A stretch of 9,235 nt of DNA from Promethearchaeota archaeon (GCA_048938295.1 JBHLMI010000048.1:1-9235), one strand, 5' to 3'. Positions 1-6,822 are shown, counted from the stretch's first letter. Numbers and translations: made by a program. Notes: generated by a model from the letters alone, not told the origin.

Positions 1-31
1 ACGATCCGTTGCGGTGGACAATCACTTTTTT
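1..31 (+). repeat. Array repeat copy 1 (right arm only, truncated by window start)
   Basis: GTTGCGGTGGACAATCACTTTTTT matches the right arm of copy 4 (GTTGCGGTGGACGACCACTTTTT). Confidence 0.85.
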
Positions 32-55
32 CATGTTATTTGTGTGCGCGTTGGG

Positions 56-946
56 TTAGAGGTAGGTTTCGGGTTCTTTTCTGTCGGGGTAGCCTTTGTG
101 TAGATCGCTTTGTGATTTGAGAACGCGTTTGCTCATGACCCGTGCGCCGGTGGGACAGTTTTTGACGCAGGCACAGCACCAGATGCATGCATTATGGTCG
201 GTGGTAATCAACTGCAGGTTGTATCCGATCATGGGGGATGGATTGGATGACACATGTTGAATTCGAATTGCAGCAGTGGGGCAGACGTCTACGCACGTGC
301 CGCATTTGGTGCATTGGTCTTCATTGGTGGAGGGGGTGGCTAATGCGCCGTAGTCGTACCAGGTGAGATTGGCACGCATGGATAACGAGTACGGGGTTGT
401 ACCAGGAGGAGTGACGGGGGAGAGGTCCTCCATGGTATCGACCTGTGCATATTTGTCCCGGATTTGTTGGCCAAACGCTTTGGCTTTGGCGAGATCTTTT
501 GTGTCAGGTCGTCCATGGGCTGTAGGTACTTCAGGGACGCTAAAGGAGTGTTCGCATAGAAAAACCCCTGCAGCGATGGGTTGGAATCCCACCTCGGAGA
601 CAATGTCGCCTAGTTCATAGAGTGCGTCCTCGTAGGCGCGGTTGCCGTAGGTGACGACAATGACGACTGGGATTTTTTGTGCCCGTTTAGCTCCATAGGG
701 TTCCCTGTTACCTGTGAGTCGTCGGATCCGGTAGGCGGCTTCGGTGGGGACGCGTCCGGCGTAGACGGGCACGGAGATAATGGCGAGCTCATCGGTGAAT
801 TCCTTAAATTGCTGGGTGCGTGCACTGGGCGGAGTCAGGTCTATGTGTTCTATGGGGGCTTGGATGCCTTGGGCGATAGCTTCAGCTACCTTCCTTGAGC
901 CCCCGGTTGGAGAGAAACTGATGACTTTAACAGCTCTAATTTTCAA
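56..946 (-). CDS. Flavodoxin-domain / 2x[4Fe-4S] ferredoxin fusion protein (EFR1-like family)
   Basis: N-terminal flavodoxin-type motifs FSPTGGSRKVA, VPVYAGRVP, YGNRAYEDAL, EHS and GRPD. C-terminal CxxCxxCxxxCP motifs CTKCGTCVDVCP and CIWCCACVKNCP. TTG start with GAGGT 8 nt upstream. Confidence 0.9.
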   Translation of the reverse strand: MKIRAVKVISFSPTGGSRKVAEAIAQGIQAPIEHIDLTPPSARTQQFKEFTDELAIISVPVYAGRVPTEAAYRIRRLTGNREPYGAKRAQKIPVVIVVTYGNRAYEDALYELGDIVSEVGFQPIAAGVFLCEHSFSVPEVPTAHGRPDTKDLAKAKAFGQQIRDKYAQVDTMEDLSPVTPPGTTPYSLSMRANLTWYDYGALATPSTNEDQCTKCGTCVDVCPTAAIRIQHVSSNPSPMIGYNLQLITTDHNACIWCCACVKNCPTGARVMSKRVLKSQSDLHKGYPDRKEPETYL

Positions 947-982
947 TGGAATTTACCTCAATTGGGTTTGAATTTATTGATG

Positions 983-991
983 TTATAAAAA
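983..991 (-). promoter_or_regulatory. Archaeal-type TATA box (TTTTTATAA) for the 56..946 gene
   Basis: Reads TTTTTATAA on the minus strand, about 36 nt upstream of the start, with an SD-like GAGGT (955-959) between. Confidence 0.6.
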
Positions 992-1025
992 TCTAACATA
1001 CCTTGAGAGACGTTTTGTGCGGCAC

Positions 1026-1089
1026 GGGAGCGGGTGTATCACTCGGAAACACGGGTGTTGTCCCAGACTGGGGTGGACGCTCATTTTTT
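1026..1089 (+). repeat. Array repeat copy 2
   Basis: GGGAGCGGGTGTATCACTCGGAAACACGGGTGTTGTCCCAGACTGGGGTGGACGCTCATTTTTT. Centre contains CCCA-GAC-TGGG hairpin. Confidence 0.93.
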
Positions 1090-1208
1090 GTCTTCTAATG
1101 ATTTCGCAGTTTTCTAATATGTGCTTTTCCAGTGAAGAAGTTTTATCTGCCCTGGCTTTGTGGAATCTGTATTGAGTATTGATTTTGCATGAATTGGTGG
1201 AGTTTGTT

Positions 1209-1556
1209 ATGGCGTTGATTGATACGGCGAAAATCTTGGCGAAGGCGGGTTCCATTGTGTGTATCATTTTAGGGATTCTTGCTGGTGTGTTGAATGGTCT
1301 TGTGATGTATGAAGAGTTTAGTGGACGGCATGGTATTGCTGTTGAGACTACTCTGTGGTTTTCATTAGCGATTGTCGCGGTGGTCTTCGGGTTCATTATT
1401 CTGTTCTATTGTGTGCCGAGGATCGACCAGGATCGGCAAACAGCAGCCATTTATCTGATTATTTTTGGTGTGATAGCGGCGATTGGTTCGTTCCTTGTCG
1501 GTGGGGTGTTAATATTCGTCGCAGGAATTTTGTTGGCGGTGGAGCAAGCGCGCTAA
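1209..1556 (+). CDS. Small integral membrane protein (about 115 aa, 3-4 hydrophobic helices), function unknown
   Basis: The listed ORF 1179..1556 has a better start at ATG 1209, preceded by GGTGGAG. Long hydrophobic stretches, and it is the sole long + strand ORF between repeats 2 and 3. Confidence 0.8.
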   Translation: MALIDTAKILAKAGSIVCIILGILAGVLNGLVMYEEFSGRHGIAVETTLWFSLAIVAVVFGFIILFYCVPRIDQDRQTAAIYLIIFGVIAAIGSFLVGGVLIFVAGILLAVEQAR

Positions 1557-1700
1557 TTGAACGAAGCCTAATAACCTGATGACGTGGGCATTGAGCTCGT
1601 AAATATCCCAAGCCAATTTTGTTAACGATGTGACTTTAGCCTCCCAACTCTTCTGAGGGATTCCTTGCAATGGACAGCTTGGGAGCCTTTTGTGCGATAC

Positions 1701-1769
1701 GGGAGCGGTTGTATCACTCGGAACACAGGTCCTGTAGACTATCCGTTGGGGTGGACGACCACTTTTTTT
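1701..1769 (+). repeat. Array repeat copy 3
   Basis: GGGAGCGGTTGTATCACTCGGAACACAGGTCCTGTAGACTATCCGTTGGGGTGGACGACCACTTTTTTT. Also shares the upstream flank TTTTGTGCG..ACG (1688-1701) with copy 2 (1013-1026). Confidence 0.95.
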
Positions 1770-1817
1770 GCTAGGTTTTAGGATGGCAAGAGTAATTAGA
1801 AACTAAAGAAGAATAGG

Positions 1818-2921
1818 TTGAGTGGTGTTGGTATGGCACGTGTGGGGTTGGTGGTTTGTTTCATGGGGCTATTGTGGGTTTCGTTGATGGGGGGGCTTCC
1901 GGGGGGAATGTTCGGTGTTGGTGCGGTGGAGGCGCAGAGTGGGGGGTTCAATTTTGTGGCTTATGGGGATACGCGGTCGCATGAGCTTCCGGCGGCGGTG
2001 TCACCGGTGCATGATGGGTTGGTGGCGATGTATCTTGGAGAAAATCCGGAGTTTGTGTTGCATACAGGGGATATGGTGATGGCGGGAGGGATCTGGGATC
2101 AGTGGGTGGAGTTTAACGATTCGATTCAAGGGATTTGGGCGGCAGGAATTCCTTTCTATGGTGTGGTGGGAAACCACGAAAAATACACGGGAACTTGGTA
2201 TGTGTATGATGAGGGATTGAACAATTATACCACCTTTTTTGATTTCGGTGATGCAGTGGATGTGCCCGGTGAAACAGAATTACAGTACGCTTTCACTTAT
2301 GAGGGCGTTCATTTCGTGTTCTTGAATACCGAGGATTACTTCGACGATATGTTTGGGGGTACGCAGCAGTTTAACTGCTCAAGTGGGCAAATGAATTGGT
2401 TATCCAGTTATTTGGTGACTGTCGATCCCGAGGAGTTTCTTGTGGTAACGTTTCATCGCACCGCTTGGTCCATTCTCTTTGATCAACCAAATCGCTGGGA
2501 GGAAGCGCAAACGATTCGTGATGACTTCCATGACCTGTTTGTGCAGTACGATGTCGATTTAGTCTTAATGGGCCATGATCATTATTATTATCGCACTCTG
2601 CGGGATGGGATCTATTATGTCACGACGGGGGGTGGAGGAGGCCCACTGGCAGAAATTGATGTGACGGCTCCGATTTGGCAACCAGGTGATGTGGCCGCTT
2701 CGGAGTACCATTACTGTAACATCAAAGTGAATTCCACCGATGTCACCGTGACAGCATACACATCCGACCACAGTCTGTTAGATTCTTTCAGTATTGAAAG
2801 ACCGAGTAACCCTCTCCCTGGCCCACCCATTGAACTTCTTGTCCTGGGTCTCTGTGTCGTTACCATCATTGTCATTATCATTGTCGTTGTTTTGATCCTC
2901 TATTGGCGAAGGAAAAGCTGA
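1818..2921 (+). CDS. Secreted, C-terminally membrane-anchored metallophosphoesterase (calcineurin-like superfamily, purple-acid-phosphatase-like)
   Basis: Five metal-ligand motif blocks: YGDTRS, HTGDMV, VVGNHE, VTFHR and GHDHYY. Hydrophobic N-terminal signal, Pro-rich linker, C-terminal TM helix and WRRKS tail. The start could be ATG 1833. Confidence 0.9.
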   Translation: MSGVGMARVGLVVCFMGLLWVSLMGGLPGGMFGVGAVEAQSGGFNFVAYGDTRSHELPAAVSPVHDGLVAMYLGENPEFVLHTGDMVMAGGIWDQWVEFNDSIQGIWAAGIPFYGVVGNHEKYTGTWYVYDEGLNNYTTFFDFGDAVDVPGETELQYAFTYEGVHFVFLNTEDYFDDMFGGTQQFNCSSGQMNWLSSYLVTVDPEEFLVVTFHRTAWSILFDQPNRWEEAQTIRDDFHDLFVQYDVDLVLMGHDHYYYRTLRDGIYYVTTGGGGGPLAEIDVTAPIWQPGDVAASEYHYCNIKVNSTDVTVTAYTSDHSLLDSFSIERPSNPLPGPPIELLVLGLCVVTIIVIIIVVVLILYWRRKS

Positions 2922-2948
2922 GGCCCGATACAATTAGCGCTATTGGAA

Positions 2949-2955
2949 TTTTTTT
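2949..2955 (+). terminator. Oligo-T tract (T7) 28 nt after the phosphoesterase stop; candidate archaeal-type terminator
   Basis: TTTTTTT directly downstream of TGA 2919-2921. Confidence 0.4.
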
Positions 2956-2995
2956 GTGTCCGATGAAAATTAATTGGATGTCCTGGAGTGGCCGA

Positions 2996-3058
2996 GGGAG
3001 CTTGGGTGTATTATTCGTGACAAGTTAATTACCGGGTTGCGGTGGACGACCACTTTTT
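2996..3058 (+). repeat. Array repeat copy 4
   Basis: GGGAGCTTGGGTGTATTATTCGTGACAAGTTAATTACCGGGTTGCGGTGGACGACCACTTTTT. Both arms are conserved and the centre is divergent. Confidence 0.92.
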
Positions 3059-3074
3059 GTTGATATTTGTGGGA

Positions 3075-3254
3075 TTATGCCTGTTCTTCGATGATCCAGA
3101 GGTGGCTGGTTTTGACTGAGCTGGGGAAATCGGGACCGATCGCGGGAATGATGGTGATGAGCGTGCCTTTGAGGGTGTTGAGGAAGTCCTCCAGTTTTTG
3201 TTTGTCGTGATTCATATCGATAGGGAGTTTGTGAACTTTGTAAGTTGACACCAT
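3075..3254 (-). CDS. 59-aa hypothetical protein missed by the ORF track: MVSTYKVHKLPIDMNHDKQKLEDFLNTLKGTLITIIPAIGPDFPSSVKTSHLWIIEEQA
   Basis: Hand-translated ATG(3254) to TAA(3075), 60 codons. SD GGGTGA at 3259-3264 and TATA TTTTTATAT at 3289-3297. It fills the unit between repeats 4 and 5. Confidence 0.85.
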   Translation of the reverse strand: MVSTYKVHKLPIDMNHDKQKLEDFLNTLKGTLITIIPAIGPDFPSSVKTSHLWIIEEQA

Positions 3255-3288
3255 TTACTCACCCAAGAGGTGTATCGGAGGATTGGAC

Positions 3289-3297
3289 ATATAAAAA
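3289..3297 (-). promoter_or_regulatory. Archaeal-type TATA box (TTTTTATAT) for the 59-aa gene
   Basis: About 35 nt upstream of ATG 3254, with a GGGTGA SD in between. Confidence 0.6.
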
Positions 3298-3317
3298 CTT
3301 GGAGTAGCGTAGACAAA

Positions 3318-3380
3318 GGGAGTAGGCGTATCACTTGGAAACACGGGTGTTTTTCGATTGGTTTGTGTGGATAACCATTT
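3318..3380 (+). repeat. Array repeat copy 5
   Basis: GGGAGTAGGCGTATCACTTGGAAACACGGGTGTTTTTCGATTGGTTTGTGTGGATAACCATTT. The short T-run overlaps the methyltransferase stop codon (3379-3381). Confidence 0.9.
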
Positions 3381-4035
3381 ACTTATCATGCGAGGTGTTG
3401 CGGGCATAGAGTTTCATATGCCAGATGAAGGTTTTTTGATGGACGAGTTGTGTGAAGCCGGTGTTTTTTAGCAGCGTGTCAATTGCTTTGACGGGGTGGA
3501 TGAAGGTTCGGAAGGGGTGGCGTCGTAGCCATAGGATGAAATTTTCCCATCCGATGGAGAGCTTGCTCGTTAAATTCGTCCGCGGGATTACGATGCCAAA
3601 GAATGTGCGAGCAAGGGCGGCGGATCGTTCAACGAGGGTTTGCCAATCGTCATAGCAACAGATTACTTTATCGAGGGTGACAATGTCGGTGGGGGAGAGG
3701 GTGGAGGCGATGTCGACGAAATCCCCATGATGGTAGCTAATGCGGTCCGTATGACCTTGTCGAGTGGCTTCCTCCTTTGTCGCTTCGATATAAGCCATGG
3801 AGGCTTCCACGTTAATGCTGTGGCGTAACCCAGCTTGTAGTAATTCGTGTTGAATTATGCCGATGCCACCACCAATATCGAGTAAGGTTTTTCCCTGGAC
3901 CCCTTGGCTTTTGAGGGCATCAACGAGTAGGTGCGTGGTTTTATTCATGCCCTTCACCCGATAGGTGCGGAGTTCCGCTTCAGCTACACTCCGATCGAAG
4001 GTCGTTTCAAGTACCTGATACTGACAACAGCCCAT
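3379..4035 (-). CDS. Class I SAM-dependent methyltransferase (substrate unknown; superficially BchM-like size and layout)
   Basis: Motif I LLDIGGGIG, acidic post-motif (VEAS), HGDF, and motif IV-like DIVTLDKVICCY. N-terminal MGCC. Confidence 0.88.
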   Translation of the reverse strand: MGCCQYQVLETTFDRSVAEAELRTYRVKGMNKTTHLLVDALKSQGVQGKTLLDIGGGIGIIQHELLQAGLRHSINVEASMAYIEATKEEATRQGHTDRISYHHGDFVDIASTLSPTDIVTLDKVICCYDDWQTLVERSAALARTFFGIVIPRTNLTSKLSIGWENFILWLRRHPFRTFIHPVKAIDTLLKNTGFTQLVHQKTFIWHMKLYARNTSHDK

Positions 4036-4120
4036 GATTCATGCTTCCATCTATTTAGGATAGAATAAGGTAACGCAACAAACTAGTTAATATCTCATTT
4101 GGAAAATCTGTACGGAAAGA

Positions 4121-4190
4121 AGCCTGGGTGTATTATGGCGTAAACATGGGTGCTGCACGATGCAGTTGGGACAGACGACCATCTTTCTTT
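4121..4190 (+). repeat. Array repeat copy 6
   Basis: AGCCTGGGTGTATTATGGCGTAAACATGGGTGCTGCACGATGCAGTTGGGACAGACGACCATCTTTCTTT. Centre hairpin CTGCA-CGA-TGCAG. Confidence 0.88.
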
Positions 4191-4342
4191 CAAGATGAAT
4201 TAGTCTCATAGTTTAGAAGAATAACACCCCGGTCTTTGAAGGCGCATCTCATAGAAATGAAGTTATTAGTATCTCAACTGACATTAAGGAGTGAAATTCA
4301 GCTCTACCAAGAATAGATGGAGGCGTTCCTCTGTCACAGTTT

Positions 4343-4960
4343 ATGAATGGAGAAAGAGTGAAGCCGAATCAAGTCCCGTATTTGGTTGCGTTTTTTGCCA
4401 GAGAGTATATGCCCAAAATAAAGGCGTTTCTCGAGACGGAGTATCCGACTCGTCAAGAAGGCGTAGAGGGGTTCACAACCGTGATGCGGGCAATTTATCC
4501 GCAGGTCTATCAGTTGCAACAGCAGTTACCCGAATCCCTAGCAGAAGAGATGATTCTAGAGCTTCCTGCGTTTATTAGTCTTCATGAGTGGGAGAAAGAG
4601 CCCAGAACATGGAACAAGGGAAAGAAAAAGGCGCTCACCGCGTTTCTGGAAGGACACGAGACGCCTGCCGATGAGTACGGGAATCCTGAGTTTCTTAGTG
4701 GTATGTTTGTCTCGATTATGATGTTATTGAATTCAACCTATAAGGGGCTAATCTCGCTAAGAGGTCTTTGCAGCAACTTCGAAGATGCCGTATACACTGA
4801 ATCCTATTTTAGCTCAGTTTATCATCAGTTTGAATATGAGATTTTTGTCAAAGGGCTCCTCAAAACCCTTAGCGATCTCAGAGGAATTCTTCCGTTAATC
4901 TATGAGATTGAGCGAAAACTCGCACTGTATCCACCCACTGGGGAACTGGAAAAGATGTAG
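4343..4960 (+). CDS. Hypothetical 205-aa soluble, probably helical protein; no family recognised
   Basis: Longest ORF between repeats 6 and 7, with protein-like composition and no recognisable motif. Confidence 0.75.
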   Translation: MNGERVKPNQVPYLVAFFAREYMPKIKAFLETEYPTRQEGVEGFTTVMRAIYPQVYQLQQQLPESLAEEMILELPAFISLHEWEKEPRTWNKGKKKALTAFLEGHETPADEYGNPEFLSGMFVSIMMLLNSTYKGLISLRGLCSNFEDAVYTESYFSSVYHQFEYEIFVKGLLKTLSDLRGILPLIYEIERKLALYPPTGELEKM

Positions 4961-4993
4961 GGAAACTAGAAAAAAGTACTACCTTTCAATTAA

Positions 4994-5061
4994 AGCCTAG
5001 GATTGTATGTCTGAACAGCAGGAGTTGTAGGATCCTCTGGCATGGACGACCACTTCTTTTT
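4994..5061 (+). repeat. Array repeat copy 7
   Basis: AGCCTAGGATTGTATGTCTGAACAGCAGGAGTTGTAGGATCCTCTGGCATGGACGACCACTTCTTTTT. Right arm intact, centre contains palindrome AGGATCCT. Confidence 0.85.
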
Positions 5062-5120
5062 CCCTTCGGTATTCTCCAAGCGGGGAAGTGTTAGTATGAC
5101 AGATGTTGGGAAGGACCTCT

Positions 5121-5163
5121 GCTGCAACCTTTAAAATGCAGCTCGCCAAAAACGAGAGAAAAA
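5121..5163 (-). terminator. Candidate terminator region downstream of the DUF4256 gene
   Basis: Minus strand has two T5 tracts (5148-5152, 5159-5163) and an inverted repeat GCTGCA/TGCAGC (5121-5142). Confidence 0.35.
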
Positions 5164-5189
5164 GCGTTGAAATTCGAAAATGTCAGAGT

Positions 5190-5756
5190 TTAGACTCGTA
5201 GCGAGCCGCGGAAGGCTCTAGAGCTATAGTATGAAGGCGCACTGTTGTGATAGACGAAGACGGTGTTGTAGCGGCGATCGCAAAAGAGGGCGCCGCCGAG
5301 TTTTCTGATATCAGGAGGGGTTTTTATCCAGCTTGAGGTCTTCGCATCGAACTGTCCGAGTTTCTGTAACGCTCGATATTGATCTTCGGTTAGAAGCTCA
5401 ATGCCCATAGCGGTGGCCATATCGATTGCGTTATTTTTTGGTTTCGCTGATTTCCGTGCGTCCTGCGCTTCACGGTCGTAGCAAACATTTCTGCGGCCTG
5501 TTGGAGTTTCTGGTGAACAATCATGAAAAATGTATTCACCCGTCTTTTTATCATGACCCACAACATCTGGTTCACCGCCAGTTCGTTCCATTTCGTTGAG
5601 TGACCACAGTTTGTCAGGATTCGCTTTCAACTTTGTTTGGATGTTAGCCCATTCAATCCCTTGATGGCGGTTCATATTGTTCTCAAAGCGGGCTTTCAAC
5701 ACGCGGAGTAGTTCTTCATGTTGTTTTGGTGACAACTCCTTTTTGAGTTTGCTCAT
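5190..5756 (-). CDS. DUF4256 family protein
   Basis: Recognised by family-typical strings: LKARFENNMNRH, LWSLNEMERTGGEPDVVG, RRNVCYDREA, MGIELLTE.QYR.LQKLG.FD.KTSSW, GGALFCDRRY..VFVYHN, RAFRGSLRV. Confidence 0.9.
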   Translation of the reverse strand: MSKLKKELSPKQHEELLRVLKARFENNMNRHQGIEWANIQTKLKANPDKLWSLNEMERTGGEPDVVGHDKKTGEYIFHDCSPETPTGRRNVCYDREAQDARKSAKPKNNAIDMATAMGIELLTEDQYRALQKLGQFDAKTSSWIKTPPDIRKLGGALFCDRRYNTVFVYHNSAPSYYSSRAFRGSLRV

Positions 5757-5778
5757 ACTCTGTAGTAATCGTCCCGTG

Positions 5779-5787
5779 TTTATAAAA
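5779..5787 (-). promoter_or_regulatory. Archaeal-type TATA box (TTTTATAAA) positioned for a leaderless DUF4256 transcript
   Basis: TATA centre about 26 nt upstream of ATG 5756, with no SD motif in between. Confidence 0.65.
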
Positions 5788-5942
5788 GCATCAACGCAAG
5801 GGTGACATTGACTTTCTAGCGTATGATCATGTAAAAGATAATAGCTCTATTTTCGTCAGAAAGGCATTAAAGCATACGCTTGGAAACCAAGTTCTTCTAG
5901 AGGACCCAGTGAGGATACCAGGGGAGATGATGTGTGCTGTAA

Positions 5943-5979
5943 GGAGTCTGGGTGTATGATGGTGGAAACTCGAATGTTG
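5943..5979 (+). repeat. Array repeat copy 8 (left half recognisable; right arm degenerate or lost)
   Basis: GGAGTCTGGGTGTATGATGGTGGAAACTCGAATGTTG aligns with copy 6 (CTGGGTGTATTATGGCGTAAAC). The expected GTGGACGACCAC-T-run is not recognisable at about 5990-6005, where the next gene's stop lies. Confidence 0.7.
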
Positions 5980-6003
5980 GAAGCCAAAATTTCATATGAT
6001 GCC

Positions 6004-6822
6004 CTATTGACGGAATTTGGGGAAATGGAGTTTGCCTTCTTGTTTCAGGTAGGAAAAGATCATGAGAACAAAGAGAACAATGGTGATGCCAACAAAAATG
6101 ATGGTGGAAATAACTGAAAACAATTCAAGAGGAGGAGGGAAAAGAGGAATCTGAGGTCCTGTGACCCGGCAGTAGTTTATGTAGAGTTGGGCATCAGGTT
6201 TTCCAGGGGCTTCGATTAGCTGCCAGTGGATGCGATAGTGGTGATAGGTGGCGTTAATATTAATTAGATCATGGGTGATGGTGGTGTAGTTGGTCCAGTA
6301 ACCGGGAGTTTCATTGATGTGTGGGTGGAGGGTGAGGAGATAGGAGTGAGTACCGTTCGGGAGAGGGGTGTCTGATGTGATGCTGGCGTTGAGCCCATAA
6401 AGTAGGATGAGGGCGGACGGTCCGGTGGCGCAACTTCGAAACTGGATGGTGACTTGGTTGATGTCCAAGGGGATGAAGTCTTGCCAGAACATAATGGTGT
6501 GCTCTTGGTTTGCGCGGGTGGGTTGCAGGAACAGGGTATCAGCATCTCCACCATTTTCGGTATCATTGATGAGATGGTATTGTTCTTTGGGTCCGGTGGT
6601 ATCGCCGGTAAAATGCCAGAAGGCGGGTTTAGTTGCGTTATGATCATTACCCTCCCAGCCACCAGGTTCTGTTATGGTGAAATCCCAATTGGCTACTAAA
6701 TCAACGGGAACAGGAAGTTGCTTTGACGCCCTAGAGAGAGGAACTTGGTTAGTTATCGGCGTCAGGGAGAATATGGTCAGTAAACTAATCAGGAGTAGAC
6801 AGGTTGTGAGCGATTTTTTCAT
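6004..6822 (-). CDS. Secreted / C-terminally membrane-anchored hypothetical protein (272 aa), probably beta-rich extracellular domain
   Basis: Signal peptide MKKSLTTCLLLISLLTIFSL, several N-x-S/T sequons (NATK, NDTE, NASI, NGTH, NETP no, NYTT, NATY), PPPLEL then a TM helix and basic tail. SD GGGTGA at 6829-6834. Confidence 0.82.
   Translation of the reverse strand: MKKSLTTCLLLISLLTIFSLTPITNQVPLSRASKQLPVPVDLVANWDFTITEPGGWEGNDHNATKPAFWHFTGDTTGPKEQYHLINDTENGGDADTLFLQPTRANQEHTIMFWQDFIPLDINQVTIQFRSCATGPSALILLYGLNASITSDTPLPNGTHSYLLTLHPHINETPGYWTNYTTITHDLININATYHHYRIHWQLIEAPGKPDAQLYINYCRVTGPQIPLFPPPLELFSVISTIIFVGITIVLFVLMIFSYLKQEGKLHFPKFRQ

Noticed and set aside
340-971. Short alternative ORFs 340..603, 363..620, 610..825, 677..898, 780..971
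   Set aside because: All overlap the flavodoxin-ferredoxin gene and show no motifs or start signals.
983-1396. 137-aa minus-strand ORF
   Set aside because: Antisense to the membrane protein gene, runs through repeat 2 and a promoter, and has the N/T/P/H-rich composition expected from the reverse of G/T-rich DNA.
1751-1769. Repeat is simply an intrinsic terminator (GTGG-ACGA-CCAC + T-run)
   Set aside because: It may stop + strand read-through, but the stem is only 4 bp. The element keeps one orientation whether neighbours are convergent, divergent or tandem, and about 45 nt more upstream is conserved. Termination alone does not explain it.
3269-3276. GGTGTATC matching the repeat's left arm inside the small gene's leader
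   Set aside because: Only 8 nt, with no GGAAAC block or right arm at the expected distance. Likely chance.
5090-5195. Possible relic attC after DUF4256 (GTCTAAAC at the stop, nearby hairpins)
   Set aside because: The core does not match RYYYAAC and no complementary GTTRRRY partner was found on that strand.
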